DNA from: the human T2T-CHM13v2.0 reference genome, Homo sapiens
Reading direction: 5' to 3' (one strand)
Length of the DNA stretch: 64,000 nucleotides
NCBI RefSeq assembly: GCF_009914755.1
Contig: NC_060929.1
Notes under the pieces: generated by a model
Databases searched by the model: none
What the model was told of the DNA's origin: nothing
Seen by the model: the letters and a program-made list of their open reading frames with translations, nothing else
Shown here: piece by piece, positions 42,020 to 56,157 of the stretch
Position numbering within the stretch: position 1 is the first letter of the stretch
Layout: each line of letters begins with the position of its first letter
Translations under genes and position numbers: made by a program

Positions 42020-42698
42020 GTGCTTGTTACTTATCTGTTGTTTCTCTGCTTAAGCCCATCCTTTTATATTTTGTGCTGTGAGGTAAAATACATTTTCTAG
42101 ACTCTATATGAGCTTAGTTTTCTCCCTGTTTGTGGCCATGAGGCACTGGAGGGTCATTTTCCACTTGTGTTTCCAGAGACAAAAGACAGTGAAGGCTCTC
42201 ATTTCCTATTTCACCTGGTGCTCCCATCATGATCTGGTCCATGCCATTCAGTGAGCTGAGCACCAACTATGCCATACCTGCTCAGTGGCTGATGTACCAT
42301 TTGTGCCTCCAACCATCCCACTCTCTGCCTTCTGAACACCAGCTGTGTCCTATTATGTTGCAGACTGAGCATCCATGTGAGGGGGTCTCTCTTAGACATC
42401 ACCATCCCCACTGCAGGCATTTTCCTCAGAAGTAGCCATGAGTCCACTCTCAGAGTTTCAAGCACCAATCCTATAGAGGCTTCCCCTTTAATCTTCTGCT
42501 TTCTGGTAACACCTTCCATTTCATTTCCCCAGCCTAAAAGTTGCTGACAGCTTCCTATACATTCAATCTCTTGTCACTTTTCTTCTTTGCTTTTTCAGAA
42601 TTCCAATACCCATGTAACTAATTATCCCTAATGAACGTTCTCTCTCAGTAATACCTAGTGTGGTTTTTGCTTTACTGCCTTGTCTTTGACCTATTTAC
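42020..42698 (+). mobile_element. ERVL solo LTR, LTR33-like
   Basis: 5' 'cccatccttttatattttgtgctgtga...catttt'. 3' 'ccccagcctaaaagttgctgacagcttcct...tccaatacccatgtaactaatt...aatacctagtgtggttt'. Confidence 0.65.
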
Positions 42699-45154
42699 CT
42701 ACAGTTCCTATTTCAATGCATATTAGCAGTAAATCTGATATGTTTAAATTGAATCCTAAATCTAATTATCTATTGTAATTTTTCCTTGGTTCAGTATTTT
42801 GGTTAACATTTTGAATACTCAAACACTTTCATTTCATTATTTTTAATGTAATAATTCAAATAATTACAAAAGCCTTTTTTTTCTTCCCTCCCTAAATTTT
42901 AATGATTCTGGATAGACTTTTTTTTTTTTTTGCAGTATAACCAGGCCAAAAGTTAAAATGGAAAATATTTGTTATTCAAAAGTATTTTTTATGAATGTCA
43001 AAGTTAATTTTGTATCTCATCTTAGAATAAGACAACATAAAAAATGTTTATTCCTTTTTTAGATAATGGTTCAAAAAAATCTTTTTGGTAGTACCTACAA
43101 ACCAGACCAATTAAACTTTGGCTTATGTATATTTATGAGGCAGGCACTTTAAAAAAAAGAAAATAAGATACCTGTATGACTTAATGGGATTTAAATACCA
43201 TTAAGGAAAACTGCTTTTAAGTTTAAAAAAGAACAGATGAGAAAATTCACATGGTATTTTGGATATAATTCCAGCACAAAGCAGAAATGTAAAAACAGAA
43301 AACAGGCCAAAAATTGGACTGAAATGTTAAAAAACAATTATGTGTACTGCACAAATTCCAGTAGTTTTACAAAAGTAAATAGTGTGGTATTAAAGGGTGC
43401 ATACTATCATATAATACATATTTGTATGTTTTATCTATATCTTAAAAAGATATATATTTGCATATATACATAGCCAATCACCCACTCGACAGATGTGTTA
43501 GCAGGTTTTGATGACTTGTGCAAAACATTAAGAAGTAATTAGGAAAGCATCCAAAGCTAGTCAGCACATTAATAGGTACAGAAAGTTCATATTGGATTTC
43601 CTTATATTTGCTAGGTACTCTCATTTTCTGAGAATGGGTCAATTCTTTCAACAGTTACAAATCAGCTTAATGTGTAAAATAATCACACAGTGTCATGGAT
43701 TCATGCAAAAAAGCCCTTCCTTCACTCTTTTGCTTCTTATTTGTAGACTATTTTGGGTGTGGTGATTGCATGCCATTTAGTATTTTTCGTAAATTTGCAC
43801 ATTCAAAAAAGCAGGTGATTAACCTCCTTTTAACTGTTTGAGTCCCAGAGTGTCCAAAATGATGTATACCCAAATCTTTTCCCTGACACTAAATGTAATA
43901 AAATCTTGTGGCTTAAGCCAAGTGAGTTGACATATTTTTTTGAATGAAAAACATTATTTTACCTATGAAAATGTAGTTATTAATAGAATAATAGTAGATT
44001 CTTCATTACATAATCATTTGCACTTGCTCACAGCACAAAACATGGTCTTATGATACAGGATATTATGAAGAAACAGAACGAACAAGAGACACAGGGTGAC
44101 TTCTTGAATATGGTTAGTATTTCAAAACCCTTATGAATGGAATGGAGCAATTTCTGGTTACTGTTATAGCTGTAAAATCAGGTCAACATTTTAAATTGAT
44201 TTGCCGTTCATTTCTTTAAATTTCTACTAAAATTTTAAACAAGGTAAAGTTTAAAAATGGGTAAAAGAGATGTTTCCAAAAATTAACATGTAAATCTCTG
44301 CATTTGGAAATGCTAAAGTCAAAATTGTATATGATTATAAACGTGATCTAAAACATTCATATTACTTGGCATATTCTTATAGTCAAAGTCAAATTGTTTA
44401 TTAATTAGCTATAATTCAGTTATAGCACACATTTTTTTGAAATTGCTTTACTTCTCCACTGATCACTAGTGGTAGAGAAAGGGTCACAATTTGAGAAAAC
44501 CTGTCATGTCTACCAATGGCTCATAACACCACAGAGCACAAGTAGCAATGAGATGGGGTGATTGTCTGGCTAATTGTATCAATGTAGTCTGCAGACAGTA
44601 ATTCAGAAGAGGAAAAAACCTTTAGGATTTAACATATTGAGTTTGTCTCTCTATTGATCAAATTTATTGGATGATTTCCAAATCTCCACTTTACTGAGTA
44701 TTTTATTGACACAACCTTTGACCGAGAAGCATAGAGATTTCAAAATGCCTGTTCTTATAGACAGAAAATCAATTTAGTTATTTTAATAAATATAATTGTT
44801 TGAGCAAAATAGTTGGCTGAACAATTAAAGGATAGCTGCTATCATTACTTGGTATGTATAGGACAGGAAACTGGAATTGAACATGGAGGAAACAGATTTT
44901 CAAGACTGACGGTGCCATGAGGGAATAGTATTAAAGCAAAAGAACCAATATAATAATTTTGCATTTATTCAGGAATATTACATTAGAAAAACAGAGTAGA
45001 CTTCAGATGTTTATTGTACATTTTTATGTAATTCAGTAACAGATAAGACAAAATATGAATTTTATACTCTTACTTCAAAGAAACATTTTCTTGAGAAGAC
45101 AATGATTAAGTTGTCATTAGAAGACTATCAAGGCTATGCTGACTTTTTCAAGAT

Positions 45155-45390
45155 GGCATGGGTTAGTCATAGAGAGCCAGACTTCTTACGCTGGAACCTC
45201 AGCTTTACCTCTTACTGCTCATTTAGCTTCTCTGTGTCTCAGTTTCCTCTTTTGCAAAATTAGAAAAATAATGGCACTTGTCTTATAAAGTGGCCGTGAT
45301 GATGTAGTAAGTTAACAGATAGAGAAGTAAGTTAACGCATTGAAATGAACACTTAGAGGAGAAAGCACTCAATAAATTTTAGTGATTTTT
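45155..45390 (+). mobile_element. MIR
   Basis: 'atttagcttctctgtgtctcagtttcctcttttgcaaaattagaaaaataatggcac...aagcactcaataaat'. Confidence 0.75.
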
Positions 45391-47292
45391 ATGTTCTCAT
45401 CTTGAAAGAACAAATATATACTGTATTCATTTCCTAGTGAATTATCATAATGTCCTAAAAGCAACTTTCTAGGACATAATTTTAAGTTAAAAATGTTCAT
45501 TTGATAGTTTTGATCATTTTAGCTTTCATTTCTTTTACTTGATTAGAAAAATATTATTACTATACTTCCATTAATGGCATGATTAGAAGTGAGAAAAATA
45601 TACATAAACATCTCTACATTAGGACAAAGGAGTAATGCAAAAAAAGTAAGTTTAACTTATGCTATTATAATCCCTGAAACTACACTGTACACAGATGACA
45701 ACCATTAAGTATGAGCTTATCCAAAGATCTAACTTTAAATCTTTTAAAAGCACTCTGAAAAGATTAAATGAATTTTCTGACTACTTCTCTTATGGTAGAT
45801 CTGATTCAACTACATTCAAGTGCAATAAAAAAAGCATATTTCAAAAGTAACCTTTTGAGCAATATCTGGAAATACTTGCTTTTGAGTGTAATCTGAGCAT
45901 TCCTGAAATCCACAATCTGAACAGTCATATAAATGTGAACATTTATTTGAAAGCTTGGTTAATTAAGAACAATAACATTAGAACTAAGCCAATGCTTTTA
46001 AATTCCATGTCTCCTCAAAAATAAGCATATATGTTCCAATGATATTTGTTCTGGGCACTGGTAATTCAGATCATCATGTAATCTTTTTTAATGCCCATAT
46101 GCAGATATAATATAAACTATTTGCTATTTAGTAATGCTATTTTACATAATTAAGTCATCATGGCTTTATTTTTTCAACAGAAGAATGAAAGCATATCTAC
46201 ACGCTATAACATGACCAAACTGTATCAAATTTTGTCTCCAAATGGGGACAGAAGCATTGGTATGTGTGCATTTTTATTAGAGCAGAAGTCAATCCAAAAT
46301 ATAATCTCTTGAGTTCAATTATAAAAGCCATATGCTTGAGTGAATGCATGGTAAAAATGTGCAACTTCATTACACATTAGAGGCACTACAAATTTCGGCT
46401 TTGATTCAAAAACACTCAGACTGCTAATGTGGCATATACTACTAAAAGGCTAATATCATTGCTGTGTGGAGTGATGTAAATGGGGAAGTGGAAACATCTG
46501 TATTTTCTCTGCTTTAAGGACATGTTCTTTTCATCCAAGGGCATATCTGTGTAGAGGATAAAGCCTATAATAACAAAGAATGCTTATATTTTGATTCCTA
46601 GTGAAGAATGATAACGAAGAAAAAATACACAGGGCCATTGGAATTAGAAAAGTTACAGCTTAACCACTAGTGCCAATATAAACTTATTCTTATGGTCTGA
46701 AGTGTTCTTACTGCTTTTCTCAGATGAACTAAAGATGAACATCTTTAGGCGGGTCTTTAGAAAACTGAGATGAGTACTAAGTGAGGAGAGCAGCCTCAAG
46801 TACCTGTAAAAGAAAAATGGAAAAAATTCTACAAAATCTTTGGGTTGATAAATCTGAAGACTCAGTGAGACATCAAGAAATGTCAAGATGAAAATGTATT
46901 TTAATGGTATACAAATGGTAACTAGAGGACTAGTTAATTCTCAATAATTAGCTTATGCTTAAAAGATGTGTATTCAGTAGTTCCTGTACTTAAAAACTAT
47001 CTCCAAGAACAAAAGTTTCAACTTTCGTTCTTTTGTATTTCTAGAGGAAGCTAATATGAAGCAATAAACTAGAAGATGAAGTTTGAGAAATCCAAGTTCC
47101 AGCTCAACTAGCTGGCTTGGGAATCTGAAAAAGTTGAAATTCTCATTTGCCTATGTAGAAAGCAGACATACACTACCTCATAGAACCATTGAAACTTATT
47201 GATATGTGCAAATCATTTTGAACTCATTAAAATGATTTTTTAATATGTCATGTATCGCTTTATATTTTTTCTATATTTATTCTTTAAGAGAC

Positions 47293-47783
47293 TGTGGTGG
47301 ACAGACTTGAAAGCAGCCCCATGATCATCACCTCCCAGTGTTCATGCATTTGTATAATTCCCTCCCCTTCATATGGGCAGGACATGTGACTTGCTTCTAA
47401 CCAATGGATTACAAAAAAGGGCAATGGAATAAAAGTGATTACGTGTATGTGATTCCACAAGAGTGTAACATTTGTCTGCTAGAGACTCTACATGACTGTC
47501 TTTGAAGAGGCAGACTGCCATGAATCCTACAGCTGCAAGGAAATAAATTCTGCCCACAATCTGAGGGTTCTTGAAAGTAGGCTTTTCCCCTGGTGAGCCT
47601 CTGATGAGACCACAGTCTTGGATAACATTTTGAGTGGAGCCTTTTGAGACCCTAAGCAGAGGAGGACCCAGCTAAGTTGTGCCCAGGTTCCCGACCCATG
47701 GAAACCTTGAGATTATAATTGTATGTCATTTTAACCTGCTAAGTTTGTGGTCATTTGTTACACAGCAATAAAAACCTAATATG
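47293..47783 (+). mobile_element. MaLR solo LTR, MLT1E-like
   Basis: 'tgtggtggacagact...ccccatgatcatcacctcccagtgttcatg...ggcaggacatgtgacttgcttctaacca...ttgttacacagcaataaaaacctaat'. Confidence 0.85.
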
Positions 47784-47864
47784 CAGATATTGCATGCATA
47801 TGTTTATTGGAATATAGCACATTTGTGTATTAATTTATACATTTAGTTGGATAAGTTTATGTAG

Positions 47865-49140
47865 CTCACAACCCCTTTCCTGTGTAATTGAGTTATTGCT
47901 GCCATCCCAGCATAGGAATGGCCTCCAGGAATGTCCTGGCGCCTGCTGTACCAACTCACTCAGCAGCTGGACTACGGTGGGAAGAATTGTAGTGGAGGAG
48001 AAATAAAGTGTGAAATGTATGGAGCCAATGTTAGTCTGTGGAAATTCATCAAAACCTTATATCTCATATATGAAATAAACCTGAAAAAAATTTCCCCAAA
48101 TTTGACAATTCTAACAAGTTGTGAAGCTGAGAGTATATTTCCTGAGGTAAAAATAAAAAGGATTTTTTGGTCAACCATTTCAGGGGAGAAGTTGGATATC
48201 TTTCTATTCTCGTTATAGAAAACAATATATCAAGATCATTGTTATGTTAAGAGGCAATAAAAAATTATGTAGTCAAAACTGTAAGAGAACAAAATTATGG
48301 AGGAGTTGTATTGTTTTCTGTCCTTTGTTGATATTGGCGGTATTTTTGAGCTTTCAATATTGGTAATATTTTATAATTTATTTTGCATCCTAAATAATAT
48401 TTACTTTCTTTTTTTATTTTATTATTATTATACTTTAAGTTTTAGGGTACATGTGCACAATGTGCAGGTTTGTTATGTATGTATACATGTGCCATGTTGG
48501 TGTGCTGCACCCATTAACTCGTCATTTAGCATTAGGTATATTCCCTAATGCTATCCCTCCCCCCTCCCCCCACCCCACAACAGTCCCTGGTGTGTGATGT
48601 TCCCCTTCCTGTGTCCATGTGTTCTCATTGTTCAATTCCCACCTATGAGTGAGAACATGCGGTGTTTGGTTTTTTGTACTTGCGATAGTTCGCTGAGAAT
48701 GATGGTTTCCAGTTTCATCCATGTCCCTACAAACACATGAACTCTTCATTTTTTATGGCTGCATAGTATTCCATGGTGTATATGTGCCACATTTTCTTAA
48801 TCCAGTCTATCGTTGTTGGACATTTGGGTTGGTTCCAAGTCTTTGCTATTATGAATAGTGCCGCAATAAACAGACGTGTGCATGTGTCTTTATAGCAGCA
48901 TGATTTATAATCCTGTGGGTATATACCCCGTAATGGGATGGCTGGGTCAAATAGTATTTCTAGTTCTAGATCCCTGAGGAATCGCCACACTGACTTCCAC
49001 AATGGTTGAACTAGTTTACAGTCCCACCAACAGTGTAAAAGTGTTCCTATTCATATCTAATTATAATTATACTCCTTTTTCAATGGGGATCCAAAATTGT
49101 ATAAGCTTCAAGTTCCATAAAACCTAAATTCATCTCCACA
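47865..49140 (+). mobile_element. Zaphod/MER115-like hAT-Tip100 remnant, split by an L1PA insertion
   Basis: ORF 47931..48218 contains ISPNLT..TSCEAESIFP..KIK..FWST...KL, a decayed hAT dimerization domain. The terminal segment 'aaattgtataagcttcaagttccataaaacct' resumes after the L1. Confidence 0.7.
48409..49051 (-). mobile_element. 5'-truncated L1PA (L1PA4/5-like), about 640 bp
   Basis: 3' UTR 'gcacccattaactcgtcatttagcattagg' and ORF2 C-terminal peptide [15 protein letters not shown]... Confidence 0.93.
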
Positions 49141-49169
49141 TGCAAAGAAAGAGAATATTTTTAAATGAT

Positions 49170-51100
49170 ACTAGCAGCTACAGTAAGATGAAGGCAGATA
49201 ATGGTCCACTAGAATAGGCAACATAAAATCACTATTTGTTAGACAAGAATGATTTTAGAGGGGTGGTATGGCCAGAAAACAGAGGAAGAGAATGGAAAAT
49301 GATGAGAAGTGCTGTAGCATGGTGACAGTGGGTATCCACAAGTTCTGTGAACAGTTTGGCACTGAGATTTGGCAAATAGAGTAGGTGGCAGATGGAAGTG
49401 AATGTGAGGCCATTGGAGTTTTCTGTTAGAAGTCTAACTTTGTATGCTGCTAGGAATGCTCCAATAGAAAGGGAGAAATTTATAATTTAGGTTACACAGA
49501 GGTAGCTGCATATGGTAGCCATCCTCCAAGATGACTCACTCCCAAGGATCCAATCTCTTGGCATTCACAACCTTGTGTGGACCTCTTCCAGTTCCATCAG
49601 GGTTGGTTTGTGTGACTAAGACTATACAACAGAAATGATGGGGTAGTAGCTTCCAAAATTGGGTTATACTAGAATACAGCTCCCACTTGGTCTCTCTCTC
49701 TCTCTCTCTATTTTTCTCTCTCTCTCATTATTTGTTCTGGGGAAAGTAAGCTGCTATCTTGTGAGCAACCCTGTGGAGAGGCTTAAGGGGTGGAGAATTG
49801 AGAACTGAGACCTCCAATGAGAAACTGACCAATGGTCATGTGCATGAGCTTGGAAGTGGATCCTCAGTCCCAGCCCATCAGTGCTACGATGGAAGTCCTA
49901 GCTGATAACTTGGCTGCAAACTTGTGAGAGATCTCACCCAGATTCATTCCAATTAAGCCACTCTTGGATTCTTGACCCTTAGATACTGGAGATAGCAAAT
50001 GTTTGTTATTTTGAGCTGTGGTATTGCAGAATAATCATTTATGCAGCAATAGATAACTAATGCACCACAAGAGTGAAGTCCTTGAGAAGACAAACTAGGA
50101 AGTGATATATAGTATAACTGGATACATTGGATGTTAATAGAGACAGGGATCTGTCTTTCTGTTTAATAGGAGAGAAGATAGAGCATATGGGTATGGATAT
50201 ACCTAAGTTGGTAGATGTGTCTGCTACATTACTAGAAAATTTTATTTTTATCAATTTCATTTTCTCAAGTATGAGGCAAGATTTTAAATTGTGAGTACCT
50301 TGAAGGGGAGGCAGAAGGGATTATATGCTTAAGAACTGTAGAGGAAAAAAAAAGAAATAGTCACCTTGGAGAATGAGAAAGAATACTAAGCAGAAAAATA
50401 TAATAGGGTGAGGTTAGTGTTGAATTCTGTTCTGAGGTTTGTGTGTTGTATTTAAAACAATTTCAGTCAACCAATTTTGTGATTTTTTCCCCCAGCAATA
50501 TGTAGTTGCTTGGAGAAAGCATAGAGAACATCTGGGTTTAACTGAAGTCACTGTTTGCTAAATGAATGCAATGAAAGAAGAGAGGACAGGGAATTGAGGG
50601 TATTTTGCAAAGAAAGAACTTCAATGTTGGCTCTTGGAATCTCACCCAGGAAAGAGAAGGAAGAACAAGAGGATGAGCAACAGTGAAAGAGTGGTGGTGT
50701 AGATTATGAATTGGAGCTCTTGCTAAGTGTGGTTGAACAAGGTAGTACCTGAGAGGAGGAAATAAAATGAGCTAAGCTAATGAAGGGGTGACTAATTTGA
50801 AGACAAGAATTCAGGATGTGGTAATGGAATGTGTGGCTAAGGTGGAGTAGGGCAGGGTGGGGAAATGTATTGAGGTTTTGATTAGGAGAGACTGATTAGT
50901 GGAATTAAATTAATAAGTTCAAGAGAAAAAAAAAGCAACGGTGAATTCTTGAGCAGAGAATACTTGCAGAAATGTGGGATGATAGACATTAGTTAACCAC
51001 AAGAGTGAGAGGGCCAAGGCTATTGTAGTGGTCTGAGGAAATGGAATTCAGAGTCTCAGTGGATGCCAAACCATCTAGAAAATGGTTCTTGTTACCTTGG
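49170..51100 (-). mobile_element. Degraded L2 internal region, interrupted by MLT1F
   Basis: L2-like purine-rich segments 'agtaagatgaagg...ccactagaataggcaacata', 'agagtgaagtccttgagaag', 'ttttctcaagtatgaggcaag'. Boundaries are approximate. Confidence 0.45.
49511..50064 (+). mobile_element. MaLR solo LTR, MLT1F-like
   Basis: 'tggtagccatcctccaagatg...ggcattcacaaccttgtgtgg...gagcttggaagtggatcct...atgcagcaatagataactaatgca'. Confidence 0.85.
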
Positions 51101-51290
51101 CAATGGAAGTCAAACCTTAACTAATGATCTTTTACTGAGAAAACTCACAAGCAAATGAAGTGAAGAGTAATTGGAGTCAGGCTATACATTGCTTCCTTAG
51201 TTTCACCTTGCATGACAGCTTGGAAAGCAGTTTGGACATAAAAAATGATTATCTCAAGCCTCCATGCTTGAGAGTTCTGGGGGCTGCTGA

Positions 51291-51632
<342 letters not shown>

Positions 51633-52009
51633 TGAGTAAGCCAGTGCCATTGCATTCAGCAGCAGCCCTGAGCAGAGCATAAATTTGTTGAGGTTTGTAA
51701 AATCTAGCCAGAAGCTAATTAAAATGCTGCCTCTCCTAGCCTTTACTATTTCCCAACAAGTTTGGGCTCTCCTAGAGGTGGGAGTGAACACAGTGGTCAA
51801 CAATATAATTCAGCACTTGTTTAAGCCCATAGTAGGCACTTAAAATGTTGTTGGATAATTAAGTCAATAGTAAGTGTGGATTGACAAAGCAGATTTTCCT
51901 TCTCACTGGGGACATATCAGAAGAGTCTAGGGATAAGAATACATACAATTTGAAAAAACACTTTGAATCTCATAATATAATTTTACATTTAGAAAATAGA
52001 AATGTGTCC

Positions 52010-53090
52010 ATTTTTATTATAAAATAATGTGATGCACAAAGTACCAAAATAATATAACAAATAACCATGTATATATTGCCCACTTAAGAATTAAGGAAAA
52101 CAGACATAATTGAAACACTCTGAGCTTGAATCCAATCACTTCTTTCCAAGAAGTAGTAGTTTTCTCAGTCTTACTTATTATCCTCCAATCTCTTTTTATA
52201 AGTTTTTAAATTATATATCTAAAAACAAAATATTCTCTGGCTTTACATGTTTCTAAACTATGCAAATGGCTTCATACAGTATGCACCATTCTGCAACTTG
52301 TTTTCATTGCCCTCATTAGTATGTTTTTAGATTTATTCATGCTGTTGCATATAGCTCTGGCTCATTCATATTGATTGATTAATAGCTGCTATGGTTTGAA
52401 TATGTCCCCCAAAATTCATGTGTTGAAAACTTGATCCCCATTGTGGAGGTGTTAGGTGAGGTCTTTAAGAGGTGTTTAGGTCAAGAGGTCTCTACCCTCA
52501 CAAATAGATTAATGCTGCTGTCAAGGAAATGTGTTTGTTGTAAAAAGATGAGTTCGGCCTCTGCTTTCTCTTTTGCCCTCTTTTTGCCCTTCTGACTTCC
52601 ACCAGTGATGATGCAACAGGAGGGCTCTCACAAGATGCAACTGTTTGTTCTTGGACTTCCCAGCCTCCAGAACTGTGAAAATAAATTTCTGTTCACTATC
52701 CCATCTGTGATATTCTGATATGGCAGCATGAAATGGACTAAAATAATAAAATTCCACCCTCTGCATCTATCATAATGAATATATCTGCTCTCCTGTTGAT
52801 GAATATTTATTTATAGTTTTTCAATACTGATGGAGAGGCTGCAATGAGCACTTTTAGAATTTATCTGAATGAACATGACTGATCGTGAAATTGCTGGGTC
52901 CTAGTTCATGCATATCTTAAACTTTCTGATATTTGGTAAACTGTTCACTAAAGTGGTTGTATCACTTTACACTCCCCTCCATAACAGTCTTTGTTTCTAG
53001 ATATCCTCTCCAGTATTTTACAAATTTTAGTCTGATGGTTCTGAGATGGAACTTCATTATTTTAATTTAAAGTTCCCTGACAACATGTAA
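52010..53090 (-). mobile_element. L1ME-like 3' fragment, interrupted by an MST LTR
   Basis: 'tgcaaatggcttcatacagtatgcaccattctgcaacttg...tttttagatttattcatgctgttgcatatagc' and 'gtgaaattgctgggtc...aaagtggttgtatcactttacactccc'. Confidence 0.7.
52387..52745 (+). mobile_element. MaLR solo LTR, MST (B/C/D)-like
   Basis: 'tgctatggtttgaatatgtcccccaaaattcatgtgttgaaaact...ttggacttcccagcctccagaactgtgaaaataaatttctgttc...aaatggactaaaata'. Confidence 0.88.
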
Positions 53091-53574
53091 TTTTAATAAA
53101 AACAAACTCTAGAGTGCCAAGTTCAACAAACATTTTTTTATTTTTATTTTATTTTTTAGCTGGTAGGGTAACTCAATAGGCTGTCTCTGAGGTTCTTACT
53201 GTATGAGTGAAGTTGACATGCTCCCCTAGGGAGATGTATGGAATCTCCTAAGGTGAAACATGAGGTGCTTTGATAGCTAAAGATATCTTGGTTTTAAAAG
53301 GTAGAGAAATGCTGGGTAGGAAAAGCAAGGCCAAATGGAATCATATTACTTCTATCAGTACAGGATAAAACAAAGGCAAGATTGGGGCAATTAAAAAGTA
53401 AGAAGTGATTTAAGATGAAGGGGAGAGAATGAGAATAAAACGAGCTTCTTGAAATTATGAGTGTTACCTTGGTTTCTTTTGAGTCTGCCTATTTACATCT
53501 TATTCTTAGTTTACCCTTTAAAGTCACTGGATTATGCAATTATATCTTACTTAGGGCAAGTGGCTGCTGATAAT

Positions 53575-53680
53575 AATCACAGAATCATAGAATTGTAGAA
53601 TGGGTAGAAATCTTAGGCGTTGTTTCATTTTATAAGTGAGAAACTGAAGTACAAAGAACAGTTGCACAGTCATAAGAAAC
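53575..53680 (-). mobile_element. MIR3-like fragment
   Basis: 'agaatcatagaattgtagaatggg...tcattttataagtgagaaactgaagtacaaaga'. Confidence 0.55.
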
Positions 53681-53794
53681 AGGTTTTAAAGAAAATTATT
53701 GGAGGAAGAGACAACTAGGGCTCTCTACTTATTGGTCCATGTTTATTGTGGAATTAGCCTGATTACCAATATTGATGAAAGAAACCCCTTCTAC

Positions 53795-54042
53795 AACTAT
53801 AAAATGATGGTTGAGAGCACAGGCTTAAGATCACAGATGCCTGAGCTTGACTCCCAGCTCAGCAAATACAAAATGTATAATCTTGATCAAGTAACTTGAC
53901 TTCCCCAGCCTCAGTCATCTCATTTGAAAAACAGGGAAAATTTTCATTCCTACTTTTTCTGGTATCATGAAGAGCAGATGAGATAATATCTCACCTTCTG
54001 GTACATAGTAAACAATGAACAAAGGGTAGATATTATATTTTT
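53795..54042 (+). mobile_element. MIR
   Basis: 'gatggttgagagcacaggctt...tcttgatcaagtaacttgacttccccagcctcagtcatctcatttgaaaaacaggg...ctggtacatagtaa'. Confidence 0.8.
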
Positions 54043-54601
54043 ATTTTAACACCTGAGTGTTTGAGACGTAATTTAGTCATTTAATGTCCTGACATGAACT
54101 GCCAAGGGCACAAGGGGGAAGGTTTCACTAGAGCTAAACAGGTCAGCAATGGCTAGTCTCCGTCATACAATAGCATGGGATGTCTTTAACTATATTTTTA
54201 ACCCGAATTTAGTAAGTTTTTAAATGTAATCCTCTGAAAGGTTCTCTATTTGCTTAGCTATGTGTTCCTTTTCTAGTGAAGCTATCTATTATACAATACT
54301 TTGGAGTCTTTGGAGGAAATGGAAGCAGAGTAGTTTGTCTCCCTATGTCTCTAGTGTATTTCTTTATGGCTGGATTTAGATGATTGAATTTATCTGTTTC
54401 CTTTCTACTCAAACCTTTTATTTCTAAACTCTAAAATACACCTACCTCAAATTGTTCCATTATTTTTGAAAATAGAATGGTAGCCACTTAAAAATAATGC
54501 TGAATATTTTTACGTATGCCATCTCTTTTATGTACCCCCAAATGCCTTAAATTTTAATAATTCATCTTACCATTATTTTGTCTTGCTTTTATGTCTATTG
54601 C

Positions 54602-54800
54602 TGGCTTCTGTTTCAAGATAGCTGACTAAGCACATGTATACACATAAGTTAACCTTTTCTCTCTCTCAAAATCCTACTGAAACAAAAACATGAAAAATAA
54701 TAAGAAGTCTATAATCGGTGCAGAAAAAAATGAAATATTTCATCAGTGGACAACTACACTGAGAAAGCTGTAAAAGCTCTAAAGCTGACAGATGAGATTT
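54602..54800 (+). mobile_element. Probable ancient L1M/HAL1-type 5' end
   Basis: 'ggcttctgtttcaagatagctgactaagcacatgtat...ctctcaaaatcctactgaaac' resembles old L1 5' termini (aagatggc core). Confidence 0.4.
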
Positions 54801-54895
54801 TTCCCTTGTCCCAACAAAGCTAAAGAACCACTCGTATGGTACAAATATAATGTAGTACTGCTAAAATGGTAGGTTTTCTCAGGAGGACATTGAGC

Positions 54896-55245
54896 CAGAG
54901 CCAGGACTGGGGTGAGCTGAATGAAGTGAACTGAATATAAAATTTGAGAGGGTGTCCCCCAAAAACTTGAAAATATTTTGAAAAATCAAAAGTAAGACCA
55001 AAAAATCTGTACTACTGATTTTTTGTTTTGCCTCATGCTCTGCTGTGGCTTGGCACAGTACCATCAGTGATTTTTGTCTTTATATAAGGTTTTGATATTT
55101 TGTCTATTATGGAATTTTGCATTACTTTTGGATCTTTTAAAGAATTGCACCAGAATATTATTTATGTTGATTACTGTGTGTTTTAGCTTAAGTTTTGTGC
55201 CTGAGGCAAGAACCTCACTCGCCTCATGAATCTCTCCTTGGTCTG
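54896..55245. mobile_element. MER96B-like hAT MITE (palindromic)
   Basis: Inverted ends 'cagagccaggactggggtgagctgaatgaag...aaaatttgagaggg' and 'ttaagttttgtgcctgaggcaagaacctcactcgcctca...tctg'. Confidence 0.7.
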
Positions 55246-56157
55246 GGCTATATCAGGAGTCCCCTTAAGATCAGAGGCAGCAGAAGTGGGCTCTGAGGCC
55301 ATCTTTGGATATTTATTTAAAGGTTTGTAAGTCTCTTTATCAGAGCCCACTCTTAATGTGACTGACTCTGATGTTTGACTTCAGGATAAAGCTTGGAGAT
55401 AAGTTATTTAAATAACGTGACAACTTGTCCATGGGGAACTTACAGAATGGGCTTCGAGCTTAGGAAGAGAAACAGAGGAGGGGTCTAAATACCTTTTGTA
55501 ATATATGAGAATCACCTGTATGCCAAAGAAAATATCCCAAGTCCCTTAAGAGAAAATCAACTGAAAATATGCTCCCATCCACCAGGCCCTTTCCTGCTTA
55601 TTTGCTACTGATTATTTGCTACAATCAGATGGCCTGTGAACAGAACCCACATACCTTGCCTGGGGAACAGTGATATTTACTTGAACTGGGGAAGCCTTAT
55701 TTAGTCCTTGGTATAGATCAATCATCATGAACATGAGAAAAGTCAACATATCATAAAGATATACCTATTATTCATTATATATATATATATATATACCTAT
55801 ATATATAATTTATTATATAAAATGATAAACTCTCACCTTACAAAGTGAAGTTGATACCAGAAATAGAAGAAAAATTTAAAATAGATGTTCATATCCTCAG
55901 AGATTCGAGAGGATACGCAATTCATAAAATAAGAATAGGCTGCTGCATGCAAATGAGTTAGTCAATGTTTGGAAAAGCTTAGTGCAAATTCCAGATAATT
56001 TCAATACAAAGCCAGAAGAGCAGTGAAATAGGTGAATCACAACCTGAGTTTAAGTTTCATAAGAAAAGGATAGCTTTATTCCTTATAGTATCTCTAACAC
56101 TTAGATGAGCTCAGTACGTTTTGATCTTATCTTGTCAGAGCAACAGGATAGAGTTAC

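Noticed and set aside
45306-45337. Short direct repeat agtaagttaac x2
   Set aside because: Only two copies, inside a MIR. This is a small local duplication, not an array or CRISPR-like structure.
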